Both the position numbers and the translations under genes were made by a program. A stretch of 64,000 nucleotides of DNA, taken from an uncultured Gammaproteobacteria bacterium. GTDB taxonomy: Bacteria; Patescibacteriota; Microgenomatia; UBA1406; HO2-37-13b. Every line of letters starts with the position of its first letter. Within the stretch, counting starts at the first letter, position 1. Where the stretch lies: contig CAYPSA010000003.1 of assembly GCA_964413645.1 (NCBI GenBank), positions 19,328-83,327 of the forward strand, written 5' to 3'. The notes under the pieces are model-generated. The model ran no database searches. It was not told the origin of the DNA and saw nothing but the letters and a program-made list of their open reading frames with translations. Of this stretch, positions 34,557-43,371 are shown in pieces.

Positions 34557-36953
34557 TTAGAACGTGCAGGGCGGATAGTCCAGCCAGACTTCCTCGGAAA
34601 CTACCATATGGTCGCCTTGTCCATCCTTGCCCGTGTATCGGCAGCCGTTTGAATCACCAGTGGCAGAGCCATCGGTGAAGTTGACTGAATAGCAGATGAC
34701 AAAGTCACCGCTACTAAACGGACCGTCGATTCGGACAGGTTGCGGTTCAGGCGCAGGCGGCGGTGGAGCTTCCACAACGGGGTCGCCATTAGGCACGACC
34801 TCGTACTGGGTCTCCTGGGTTGGCGGAACTGTGGTGGCAACTACGATCAGTCGCCGCTGGGTGGCCTTCGGGATGATCCGAAGGTTCGGCTTGTTGGCCT
34901 TCGGGATGATCCGAAGGTTTGGTTTGTTTGTCCAAACGACCGGTGGGATGACGCGGCTTGCGTCGCAAACGGGCCGAAGCTCGTTGCAGTCCGGACAGAT
35001 TACTCCATCCAGAACTTTCCCGCCCAAAGGTGCCGATTTGAAGCTACAGTCGCCATAGACCACCCCACTGCTGAGTGTGATCCGGTAACCGACAACTTCG
35101 TCGCCTGCATTGAATGTCCTTGGTGGTAAACCTTTTCCCTTACCAGTTGCATCGCGAACACACATTGCTGTGGTCGAGCACCAGGGAAGGGTCGGGTTTC
35201 CTACACCGTTCCAACGTCGCAGGTTGGCCCGCAACGTTGTTTCATCGCAGTGATGGTTACGGATTTGAGTTTGCATTTCAGCCTCAATGAGACTTTCAAT
35301 CCACCCGTTACGATCGCAGTTGTCGATCTTATACAGAACGACTCGTGCTTCTCGAACGATAAACTCGAATTGTCCGTTTTCCAACACGTTGATTCTGCAG
35401 CTGGTGCTAAGACACTCGTTGCTACCAACTGGTGTTGTTTCCCAACCAACAAGGATGCCGACGTATCCTTGCGGAACGTCGATCTTCAAAGTCGCCTTGT
35501 CGCTTGGGATCCAGGTGCAGTCTTTCACCATGACGGGGGGCACTGACGGACATTCCGTCGGGCTTGCCGTTGGTGTCTTGGTCGGCGTGCGCGTCGGCGT
35601 GGGCGTCGGAGTTTCGGTCGGACACTCGGTCGACGTCGCGGTCGGCGTGGGCGTTTCGGTCGGACACTTCATGGGCCAAATACAAGGCCACCATGGCGTG
35701 TTGGTCGGGCTTGGCGACGGTCTCGGTGTTGGGCCAGGCGTTGGCGTGCACAAGCCTGGGAAGGCTTCGCACGGGTCGCCAATTGGCGGTTTCGGTGTAG
35801 TCGTCGGTGTTTCCGGACACTCGCCATTCGGTCCCGGGTAGGGACAGCTTGGCTTGTCCGTTGCCTTCGGCGTGTTCGTCGGTGGATTCACCGGCGTGTT
35901 CGTCGGCGTCCGGGTGGACGTCGAGGTCGTGGTGGCTGTGGCCGTGGCGGTCGCGGTCGCAGTCGCAGTCGGGCTGGCCGTGCTGGTGGCCGTGGCGGTC
36001 GCCGTGGGCGTGGCGGTGGCCGTGGGCGCAGTGGCGCTTGGACCGGGGGTCGGGCTCGACGTAATCGTCGGACTGGCCGTCACAGTCGGGCTGGGCGTCG
36101 CCGTGGCGGTTGCGGTAGCCGTAGCCGTGGCGGTTGCCGTGGCAGTCGCCGTCGAGGTCGCGGTCCGTGTGGCTGTCGCCGTGGCGGTGCCGTTGGGCGT
36201 TGCCGTGATGACAGTCGGGCCGGTCTGTGGGGTCGCGGTGACCTGAACCACTATCTCATACCGCTTGAAAAGCTGGTAATCGTCGTGGATCTCGTCCCCT
36301 GGGAAGTAGTAGAATCCGCCACCCAAGTTGTAACCCTTCTTACCGGGAAGGGGTGCGGGAAGCCGCGGCACGTCGTGCATTTGGGTGCAGTACAGGTTGA
36401 TAACGACTGTGCGTCCGTCTTCCGTCACCCGGAGGGTGTCGGGGTTAGCGGCATTCAGGCCGGTGGTCTGCGACCGAACGGTCACAGTTGGCTCGGTCCG
36501 CGCAAAGAGTTCGGGATGTGCCTTCAAATAGGCGGCTGCCAGCTCCGAGAACCGGGTCTCAGTGATGGGCTGGGTCGCCGCCAGGCGAAGCTCTGCGAGC
36601 TCTTCGTCCTGCGCTGCGTCCTTCGCGTTGGCCGTGGCCATCGCGTCCGCAAGCTTGTCGCTGCGGGTGTTGTCAACTGCGCGTTGGGTGGCCTGGGCGT
36701 CGGCGTTGTCGGTCAGCAGCTGGTCGATGCCATCGAGAGCGGCTAGTGCCTCCTCGCTGTTGGCGAGAGATGTCTCACTATTCTTGATAGCCACCTGACT
36801 GTTGTCGATCGCTCGCTGTTCAGCGGCAGTCGGGGTCGGCTCACTCTCGGCGCTTGCCGTGTCCGCATCGTCGCGGCCAAGAAAGTAGAAAATGGCAAGC
36901 CCGACTGAAACGGCGACAGTCGCTACGATAGCGACCAGCGTCCTGGTGGACAT
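34557..36953 (-). CDS. GC-rich membrane-anchored/secreted protein with a long (Thr-Ala)n/Thr-Pro linker and a Cys-rich C-terminal region
   Basis: The start is chosen at the second ATG because AAGGAG lies 5 nt upstream (atgAAGGAGaaccccATG). It has an N-terminal TM helix (LVAIVATVAVSVGLAIFYFL). About 130 aa of TATATATPT-type low complexity follow, then a C-terminal region with many Cys. Composition is very different from the neighbours. Confidence 0.75.
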   Translation of the reverse strand: MSTRTLVAIVATVAVSVGLAIFYFLGRDDADTASAESEPTPTAAEQRAIDNSQVAIKNSETSLANSEEALAALDGIDQLLTDNADAQATQRAVDNTRSDKLADAMATANAKDAAQDEELAELRLAATQPITETRFSELAAAYLKAHPELFARTEPTVTVRSQTTGLNAANPDTLRVTEDGRTVVINLYCTQMHDVPRLPAPLPGKKGYNLGGGFYYFPGDEIHDDYQLFKRYEIVVQVTATPQTGPTVITATPNGTATATATRTATSTATATATATATATATATATPSPTVTASPTITSSPTPGPSATAPTATATPTATATATSTASPTATATATATATATTTSTSTRTPTNTPVNPPTNTPKATDKPSCPYPGPNGECPETPTTTPKPPIGDPCEAFPGLCTPTPGPTPRPSPSPTNTPWWPCIWPMKCPTETPTPTATSTECPTETPTPTPTRTPTKTPTASPTECPSVPPVMVKDCTWIPSDKATLKIDVPQGYVGILVGWETTPVGSNECLSTSCRINVLENGQFEFIVREARVVLYKIDNCDRNGWIESLIEAEMQTQIRNHHCDETTLRANLRRWNGVGNPTLPWCSTTAMCVRDATGKGKGLPPRTFNAGDEVVGYRITLSSGVVYGDCSFKSAPLGGKVLDGVICPDCNELRPVCDASRVIPPVVWTNKPNLRIIPKANKPNLRIIPKATQRRLIVVATTVPPTQETQYEVVPNGDPVVEAPPPPAPEPQPVRIDGPFSSGDFVICYSVNFTDGSATGDSNGCRYTGKDGQGDHMVVSEEVWLDYPPCTF
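34863..34928. repeat. 33-nt tandem duplication inside the GC-rich gene
   Basis: ggccttcgggatgatccgaaggttcggcttgtt is followed directly by ggccttcgggatgatccgaaggtttggtttgtt, with 2 substitutions. It encodes KPNLRIIPKAN twice. Each unit contains the hairpin CTTCGG-gatgat-CCGAAG. Confidence 0.9.
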
Positions 36954-37571
36954 GGGGTTCTCCTTCATTATTGGGCAGTGCTATAAAAGCAACTGCAACG
37001 GGCGGGGGGGTCTTGTACAGTCCTGTTCGAGCGACTGATTGTTTCCGAAGAAAATAATACTGTCTGCAGTATGATATCGTCAGGTCGACGAGTACCGGTG
37101 CAAACGTTTAACTGAGTTTTAAACTCAGGTTGTTTTCCTGCAGTGCGAAAAATTGAACTGTCCGTCTTCCGATATTTTCCGACTCACTCCTTTCTTGTTT
37201 TTGAAAATGGGGAACCTCAGAACTTAGGATGTATATTTCATAAATCCTCAGATTCCCCATCTTCACTCTTAATATAGTTAATTTAGTAACCTTTTCCACA
37301 AAAGGAGATCCTTAGGCTTGCGCTGTTAGGATACAGATTTTTGTGGAAGTAAACCCAATTGTAAAAGTGCTTATTTGGAAACTATGAGTGGAAAATAAAT
37401 CTCCACCATCTTTCCCAAAAAATCCAACATTTTACCTGACTTGGGCCGGATGCAAAACCCGGCTTTTCGGGTAGAAAATGTAACCTATAGTTTATCAAAA
37501 AAAGGTGTAATTGTCAAGTTGGGACGCATTTACTTGTACTCATTATTATTTTGTATGCTAAAATACTTTTT

Positions 37572-38771
37572 ATGTTTACTCCGTCACAAAAAATGCTTTC
37601 AAACTACGCGCATGTGTTAACCGATTTTGCTTTGGGAAGTGGGGAGGGAATTAAGAAAGGTGAAGTTATTTTTGTACAATTCGATTCTCCAGCTCTTCCT
37701 TTGGCTCAAGAGGTATACCGCGCAATTCTTCAAAAGGGTGCGCATCCGATGGTAAAAATGAACGAAGATAGTTTTGGTAAGATTTTTTATGATGAAGCAA
37801 GTGATGAGCAGCTTGAATTTTTTCCTAAGAAATACCAAAAATCGCTCATTGAAACCATGGATCACCGCATGTATTTAATGGCCGATCGTGACCCATTGCA
37901 CCTAAAAGGGGTTGATCCGGTCAAAATGATGAAGGCTAATAAGAGTCGAAAAACGCTTAAAAAGTGGCTTGATCAAAAAGAAGATGCTGGAAAACTAACG
38001 TGGACATTGTGTTTATACGGTACGCCAGGAATGGCAAAACAAGCAGGCTTGAGTTTAGAAAAGTATTGGGAGCAGATTGCTGCAGCATGCTTTCTAGAAG
38101 AAAAGAAGCCTATAGCTAAATGGCAAGAGGTGTTCAAAAAAGTTGAACAGACCATGGCTAAATTGAATGCATTACCAATCGATAAGCTCCATGTTGTGGC
38201 TAATAAGACTGATTTATGGATTAGCATGGGAGAAAAGCGAAAATTCATTGGGGGGAGTGGTCGAAATATTCCGAGCTTTGAAATATTTACGTCGCCCGAT
38301 TGGCGAGGTACGAATGGCCATGTATACTTCGACTTCCCATTGTATCGATACGGCAACATTATTGAGGATATTAGCCTTGAATTCAAAAATGGACATGTAG
38401 TAAACGCATCGGCTCGTAAAAATGAAAAGTTGATTAAGGAACTTATTAAGCAGAAAAATGCCGACAAAATAGGTGAATATTCGCTGACCGACCGACGATT
38501 TAGCAAAATCACTAAATTCATGGCTAATACGCTATTTGATGAAAATTATGGAGGGGAATTTGGAAATACTCATTTAGCCTTGGGTTCTTCGTATCATGAT
38601 ACCTATACCGGAAATGCTAAAAAGCTAAAAGATGCCGATTGGACAAAATTAGGATACAACTCGAGTGCCGAACATACCGATATTATCGCCAAACAAGACA
38701 GAGTTGTAACTGCAGTGCTTAAAGACGGATCAGAAAAAGTGATCTATAAAGGTGGGGAATTTAAGGTTTAA
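37572..38771 (+). CDS. aminopeptidase, M29 (AmpS/PepS/aminopeptidase T) family
   Basis: The N-terminus is LSNYAHVLTDFALGSGEGIKKGEVIFVQFDSPALPLAQEVYRAILQKGAHP. C-terminal motifs are GNTHLALGSSY and SAEHTDII. The start is taken at the ATG at 37572, because the ORF track start is a TTG. Confidence 0.75.
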   Translation: MFTPSQKMLSNYAHVLTDFALGSGEGIKKGEVIFVQFDSPALPLAQEVYRAILQKGAHPMVKMNEDSFGKIFYDEASDEQLEFFPKKYQKSLIETMDHRMYLMADRDPLHLKGVDPVKMMKANKSRKTLKKWLDQKEDAGKLTWTLCLYGTPGMAKQAGLSLEKYWEQIAAACFLEEKKPIAKWQEVFKKVEQTMAKLNALPIDKLHVVANKTDLWISMGEKRKFIGGSGRNIPSFEIFTSPDWRGTNGHVYFDFPLYRYGNIIEDISLEFKNGHVVNASARKNEKLIKELIKQKNADKIGEYSLTDRRFSKITKFMANTLFDENYGGEFGNTHLALGSSYHDTYTGNAKKLKDADWTKLGYNSSAEHTDIIAKQDRVVTAVLKDGSEKVIYKGGEFKV

Positions 38772-40924
38772 GACTTTCTTCCATACTTCTCCTTACTCGT
38801 GGTAATAATCTTTTCTCGATTATCATTTTTTAGGTGGGGTAAGGGAAGCGTGAACGCGGGGAATGGCTGGGAAGTCATATTATCGACCGATAACTTCATA
38901 ACAATTTCAAACTTTCCTAAGGAAACCAAATCGGCTTCCGTGTATAGTTCCCCGAATTCCTTAGACAAGAAATAGGCGTCGCGTGCGCCTAACACAAACG
39001 ACATGAGTGTGCCTACATTTCCAAAAATGGCGCGTTGAATTTCAAGTTCCAGCTGTTCGGTATATTGATTAGCCAGGGTAAGTGATAATCGGTATTTTCG
39101 TGCCTCAGATAGGATCTTAATGAATGAATTCGTGGCAAAATTTTGAAACTCATCAACGTACAAGAAAAAATCTCGTCGATTTTCTTCTTTACTAAACGAT
39201 CGTCCCATCGCCGCAAGCTGGATTTGAGTAATAATCATGGCTCCAAGTAGAGATGCATTGTCTTCTCCGAGCTTTCCTTGCGACAGATTTAAGATGAGGA
39301 TTTTTCCTTCATCCATAATTTCAGCTAAATTAATTGATGACTTTGGAGATCCGATAATATTACGAATCATGGTAGAGGTTACGAATTGACCAACTTTATT
39401 TTGAATAGGGGAAACGGCTTCGGCACGCAACTTATCGCCCATTTTGGCAAATTCGGCATTCCAGAAGTTTTTGAGCACCGGATCGTTAATTTGAGGCACA
39501 ACTTTTGCCCGATATTCGTCGTCGGAAAGGATTCGAAGCGCGTCAACCAGCGTTGCATTTGGAATTTCCAACAGTGTCAAAATAACGTTTCGCAAAATAT
39601 ACTCGAGTCGTGGTCCCCAGCTTTTTCCGTATAACTTGGAAAAAATAGAGACAATTCCTGAAGCAACTAAGTGTTTTTGTTCGGGGTGGTGCACTTCCAA
39701 AACGTTCAGTTTAAATGGTCTTTCACTGTCAAATGGTTCTAAATATACCACGTCGTTTATACGACGCTTAGGAATATAATCCAAGATAATTTCAGAAAGA
39801 TCTCCGTGCGGGTCGATAATGCCAATTCCGCGGTCGCGACGAATGTCGTCGATTGCCATATTAGCGATAAGCGTAGATTTTCCTGCTCCTGTTTTTCCGA
39901 TAATATACATGTGCTTGCGGCGATCAGCGGTTTTTATACCAAAAATCTGATCCTTATTCTTAAATTCTGTTTTTGCAAAGAAATTAATGTCTTTCTTCTG
40001 TTCTTCGTCCATTTCTTCAGAAATTGGCAAGTCGTCAGGCGGTTCCCCCGAAAGTGCCTTACCCCAAGCAATATTTTTAACACCTTTGAGTAGAATTCCC
40101 GGTGGGTGCCATAAACTTGCAAGTTCTTGGGCATTTAGAATTTGATCTTGGCGTTCGAGCATGTACGTGGTTCGTTTAACCATACGGTCAAGTAACTGTT
40201 TTTTGAGCATTTTGCGTTTTTTAAAGCCAAATTGATTTCCGTCGCCTAGTGAAAACGTTCCAAATGTGCCTGCTAAATTGCTTAAGTAGCTCATGGCGCC
40301 CTCGTCGGTTGTATCGGCAGTAAGGAGTCGGATTAAGGCTTTGCCGCCTGAAAAAGCAGTTTTTCGAGAAATAATCATTTTTTGTGGGTTCATACCGTAT
40401 TTATCGGCACCTTTGTCGTAGCTCATTTTTTGAGCAAATGAAGCTGCGGCCTTTCCCCAGGCAAACGAAGCAGGCGTAATAAGGATCTGAATAGCAGCTT
40501 TTTGTTGAGGAGTTGAGCGTGCTAGAAAGCCTAAAATAGAAGAGAGAGGGTCGACATCTTTAAAATCGTAATACGTTTTAATGGGAAGGTAAAAAGACGA
40601 TGAAAGGGCAACTTCACCAAGAGCCGTATATGGGGAACTGGTTAGGTATGAAAGGGGGTCTTTGGTTTTGACGATTTTTGAGTTGGTAAACGATGAAGTA
40701 ATAAGGCTTTTTACGAACGTTTCACTTTTTTCACTTGTGGTGGCATACATATAAATGGTTTGACCGAGTAAATAGATTTCAAACGCATAATATTTTGGTT
40801 GAATATATAAGCGTTTAAGAGGGGGTAGGTACGAAGGAAGTAGAGAGGCGAAAATCTGACTTGCCGCTTCAATAGGCGTTTCGTCGTCTTTTGGATTGCG
40901 AACCTGTAAATGAACAAGGGACAT
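38768..40924 (-). CDS. P-loop ATPase of the VirD4/TraG/TraD (FtsK-HerA superfamily) type
   Basis: Walker A is MYIIGKTGAGKST and Walker B is FFLYVDEFQNF. A ~330-aa N-terminal domain of unknown function precedes the ATPase, and no TM helix is evident. Confidence 0.7.
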   Translation of the reverse strand: MSLVHLQVRNPKDDETPIEAASQIFASLLPSYLPPLKRLYIQPKYYAFEIYLLGQTIYMYATTSEKSETFVKSLITSSFTNSKIVKTKDPLSYLTSSPYTALGEVALSSSFYLPIKTYYDFKDVDPLSSILGFLARSTPQQKAAIQILITPASFAWGKAAASFAQKMSYDKGADKYGMNPQKMIISRKTAFSGGKALIRLLTADTTDEGAMSYLSNLAGTFGTFSLGDGNQFGFKKRKMLKKQLLDRMVKRTTYMLERQDQILNAQELASLWHPPGILLKGVKNIAWGKALSGEPPDDLPISEEMDEEQKKDINFFAKTEFKNKDQIFGIKTADRRKHMYIIGKTGAGKSTLIANMAIDDIRRDRGIGIIDPHGDLSEIILDYIPKRRINDVVYLEPFDSERPFKLNVLEVHHPEQKHLVASGIVSIFSKLYGKSWGPRLEYILRNVILTLLEIPNATLVDALRILSDDEYRAKVVPQINDPVLKNFWNAEFAKMGDKLRAEAVSPIQNKVGQFVTSTMIRNIIGSPKSSINLAEIMDEGKILILNLSQGKLGEDNASLLGAMIITQIQLAAMGRSFSKEENRRDFFLYVDEFQNFATNSFIKILSEARKYRLSLTLANQYTEQLELEIQRAIFGNVGTLMSFVLGARDAYFLSKEFGELYTEADLVSLGKFEIVMKLSVDNMTSQPFPAFTLPLPHLKNDNREKIITTSKEKYGRKS

Positions 40925-40966
40925 GTATTGATTATATATCAGACTTACAAGCGAGTGGAGAGCTGG

Positions 40967-42118
40967 TTACGTAATGGGTGTAGCCGTAGGTGTAGGCGTA
41001 GCCGTCGGTTGCATAAGTGAAATAACCGAATCGAATGAGGCTTTGGGAGTACGATCGGCTTTTAGAATGCCCCAATGGCCATCTTTACCAAGCCACAGCT
41101 CATCGGTTAGCGTGTTAACAAAGACCATGCGCGGATTGTATTTACCTTTTTGCAAAGCCGCAAGTGCTTTGCCAAGGTATACTCCCTGATCGGCGGGCGT
41201 TACATTAGGATCGATTGTCGATACACCTATTTCAGGAATTGCAAGTTCATGGTTCGGGAATTGCTCGTGGAGGGCATCAATTTCGATAGGGAGGCGTGCG
41301 ATTTTAGCTTCATCTTTTCCGGCATAGTAGTCAAACCCCAATATATCAACATGGGGTGCGAGGGCAGTAAGTACTCGCATGTCCATTCCTATTCTATCAG
41401 TTCGTGAAGCGGTCATATTTATTGATGTTTTTGCTGCAGGATCGGCTGATTTTACTCCTTCGTTTGCTGCTTGAATGATTTGTTGCAGTTGGCTGAGTTG
41501 CTGATCGGATATATCGCTACGCCACGTGTAATTTCGAACTTCACGAGTATCGGGTTCATTAAATAATTGCCATACGGCAATTTTGCCTTTGTAGCGTGCC
41601 GCAAGAGATTCAAAGTATTCACGTGTGAATTGAACGTATTGTTCGTGGGGAACGTCTTGTAAAACTTCAGGAGTATTTCCAATGAGATTAATATCAAGTC
41701 CGCGTGAACGGGCATAGTCTATAACCTCATCGTATTTGGCTAAATTTTCCTCATTTAGTGCGTATCCTGTATCTGTTTTTGAAGCAGTTTCTGAGCCCCA
41801 TATATTGAAACGAATCCATTTTTGACCTTTTGAAGCCAGCAGGTCAATGTTTTGTTTAAACATATCAACCGTCATGTTGTTTCCTTCTTCTGGATTTACG
41901 AATACATGTGTGGCAAAACCAAATTCAGTAGGGTGTTCTCGTACAATTTCAGGCGTAATGGACGTAGGAGAAGTGTCGGGAAAGTGCTGGGCGAGTCTAC
42001 TCATGACTCCTCCAAGAATTGAGGGGCCTTTTATTGCAGCTAAAGCTCCTGCTGCGGCAAGACCGCTTGCGGTTAAAAATTGTCTGCGTGTAGGGACGAA
42101 TCGTTCGTTATCACTCAT
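40967..42118 (-). CDS. secreted TIM-barrel glycoside hydrolase-like protein (GH5-like) with a twin-arginine signal
   Basis: It is trimmed to MSDNERFVPTRRQFLTASGLAAAGALAA, which has the Tat motif RRxFL. The candidate acid/base is WQLFNEPD and the candidate nucleophile is AIPEIGVS. A C-terminal PTATPTPTATP tail is present. Confidence 0.6.
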   Translation of the reverse strand: MSDNERFVPTRRQFLTASGLAAAGALAAIKGPSILGGVMSRLAQHFPDTSPTSITPEIVREHPTEFGFATHVFVNPEEGNNMTVDMFKQNIDLLASKGQKWIRFNIWGSETASKTDTGYALNEENLAKYDEVIDYARSRGLDINLIGNTPEVLQDVPHEQYVQFTREYFESLAARYKGKIAVWQLFNEPDTREVRNYTWRSDISDQQLSQLQQIIQAANEGVKSADPAAKTSINMTASRTDRIGMDMRVLTALAPHVDILGFDYYAGKDEAKIARLPIEIDALHEQFPNHELAIPEIGVSTIDPNVTPADQGVYLGKALAALQKGKYNPRMVFVNTLTDELWLGKDGHWGILKADRTPKASFDSVISLMQPTATPTPTATPIT

Positions 42119-42360
42119 GGAAATATTGTAACAGATATGACGGGCGATTGAATCTAAGCCCATAGCATAGTATAATGATCGCAGTTTTTTTATGGTTTGA
42201 AAAAACGAACGCCGCGCATTTGCTGTTCGGATAGTTTGTTCTTTTAAGCACCTTACCAATGAGGGTAGATTATTATTTGTTTCATTTTTGGAAACAGACA
42301 GGCTTTTTTGGGCACAAAAACAACACGGAACCCATTTCCGTTTAACCGTCAACATCCGCT

Positions 42361-42393
42361 GTAGACCAAAGGTCTACTGAGTCCTAGGAGGAC
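42361..42393 (+). promoter_or_regulatory. conserved leader: hairpin GTAGAC-caaag-GTCTAC followed by the SD box GTCCTAGGAGGAC
   Basis: An almost identical unit lies at 43081-43115. SD-box-only copies lie at 42554-42567, 42880-42893 and 43784-43796. Each sits 2-5 nt upstream of a start codon. Confidence 0.7.
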
Positions 42394-42397
42394 GACT

Positions 42398-42517
42398 ATG
42401 ATGTTCATGTTCATATTGCTGGTAGTCCTGTTGATCTTGTGTCTTGCTGCTGCAAAGCTGCTTCAATGGCTTTTTTTAGATGGCAATCCACCAGATGATC
42501 CAGGCAACTACTTCTGA
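42398..42517 (+). CDS. small hydrophobic peptide (39 aa, 1 TM)
   Basis: It is not in the ORF track because it is under 60 aa. The sequence is MMFMFILLVVLLILCLAAAKLLQWLFLDGNPPDDPGNYF. It is preceded by AGGAGGAC 4 nt upstream. Confidence 0.55.
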   Translation: MMFMFILLVVLLILCLAAAKLLQWLFLDGNPPDDPGNYF

Positions 42518-42571
42518 TCCACCATCCGCCGGACGGCTTTGAAAGTGTCATATGTCCCAAGGAGGACAACC

Positions 42572-42847
42572 ATGAAACGGACAAAGAGCGAATGGATCTC
42601 ACTGGTTGTGTATGCACTTCCAGTACTGATTGGCGCTTTCGGATACTGGCTGACTAGGGAGGGATCGCTTTTGCTTCTAGCACTCGGTTTTGGCTTTATC
42701 CTCGTTATCGAAGTCTTCGGTAACACGGGCATTGCCGACACGGATATGAACGACGATGATCCCATTGTGTTTTCAGGACCTCCGACCCGTCAAGGTTCTA
42801 CGCCTGATCGGTTTCGTGGCCGCCACGACAACATTTCCTTAAGATAG
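42572..42847 (+). CDS. small membrane protein (91 aa, 2 TM)
   Basis: ORF 42539..42847 is trimmed to the ATG at 42572, which follows gtcccAAGGAGGACaacc. The sequence begins MKRTKSEWISLVVYALPVLIGAFGYW... Confidence 0.6.
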   Translation: MKRTKSEWISLVVYALPVLIGAFGYWLTREGSLLLLALGFGFILVIEVFGNTGIADTDMNDDDPIVFSGPPTRQGSTPDRFRGRHDNISLR

Positions 42848-42895
42848 GAAATCCGCCGCAGACATTCGTGTCTACTAGAGTCCCAAGGAGGACAA

Positions 42896-43066
42896 ATGAG
42901 AATCTGTCTGGACTTGCAACTCGCCTTTCCTATTGCACTCATACTAATGTCTGTTGGTATGGTGCTCGGAACGACGCTCTCGTTCACCCTGCAATTAGCA
43001 ACGCACTTCGTACTTGCCATGCTCAAAGATTCAAATGAGGAGGTGAAGACCGCCAACGAGCCGTGA
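42896..43066 (+). CDS. small membrane protein (56 aa)
   Basis: It is not in the ORF track. The sequence is MRICLDLQLAFPIALILMSVGMVLGTTLSFTLQLATHFVLAMLKDSNEEVKTANEP. It is preceded by gtcccAAGGAGGACaa. Confidence 0.55.
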   Translation: MRICLDLQLAFPIALILMSVGMVLGTTLSFTLQLATHFVLAMLKDSNEEVKTANEP

Positions 43067-43080
43067 CATGTTCCATCCGC

Positions 43081-43115
43081 GTAGACTTTCAAGTCTACTT
43101 GAGTCCTAGGAGGAC
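43081..43115 (+). promoter_or_regulatory. second copy of the hairpin plus SD-box leader
   Basis: The unit reads GTAGAC-tttcaa-GTCTAC-ttga-GTCCTAGGAGGAC, 5 nt upstream of the ATG at 43121. Confidence 0.7.
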
Positions 43116-43120
43116 GCACA

Positions 43121-43282
43121 ATGACCTTCAGATTGAAGGGGCTAGGTTTGACAGTTAGTCTCTGCGGAAGCGTCGTCTTGTGCGACTGGCTTTTTCGTAA
43201 CGGACACCCTTATTGGGGGACTGTTGCCATACTTCTGCCAGTCGTCAACTTGGCCTTCCTGTTCGACTTTCTGGAAAACTAG
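43121..43282 (+). CDS. small membrane protein (53 aa, 2 TM)
   Basis: It is not in the ORF track. The sequence is MTFRLKGLGLTVSLCGSVVLCDWLFRNGHPYWGTVAILLPVVNLAFLFDFLEN. Confidence 0.55.
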   Translation: MTFRLKGLGLTVSLCGSVVLCDWLFRNGHPYWGTVAILLPVVNLAFLFDFLEN

Positions 43283-43371
43283 AAACCCGCGCCACCGTCA
43301 GATCATCCGATCTGGGCACCAATTCAGCATTCTCCGAACTCCTTTGGAGTTCTAACAGAAAGAAGAGAGCC

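Noticed and set aside
35201-36798. About ten overlapping ORFs on both strands, including 35287..35841, 35422..35820, 35854..36246 and 36285..36746.
   Set aside because: They all lie within or antisense to the 34557..36953 gene. GC-rich, periodic (GYS)n DNA is stop-poor in several frames, and their products are low-complexity (GVGV, AVAV, RS-rich). The long minus-strand frame has a TM anchor, a strong SD and non-repetitive domains.
37440-37475. An RNase P RNA. CAAAACCCGGCTTTTCGGGT resembles the conserved P4 3' strand ACAGAACCCGGCUUAUCGG.
   Set aside because: No GAGGAAAGUCCGGGC-type 5' P4 strand or other conserved RNase P regions occur upstream. The segment folds locally as a simple hairpin (ACCCG-gctttt-CGGGT).
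42411-43119. Minus-strand ORFs in GC island B (42411..42617, 42508..42765, 42790..43119) and the long N-terminal extensions of 43213..43731 and 43590..43970.
   Set aside because: The plus-strand small ORFs each have a conserved AGGAGGAC box at correct spacing and encode clean TM helices. The minus-strand products are Arg/Ser/Cys-rich with no start signals. The extensions overlap upstream small ORFs.
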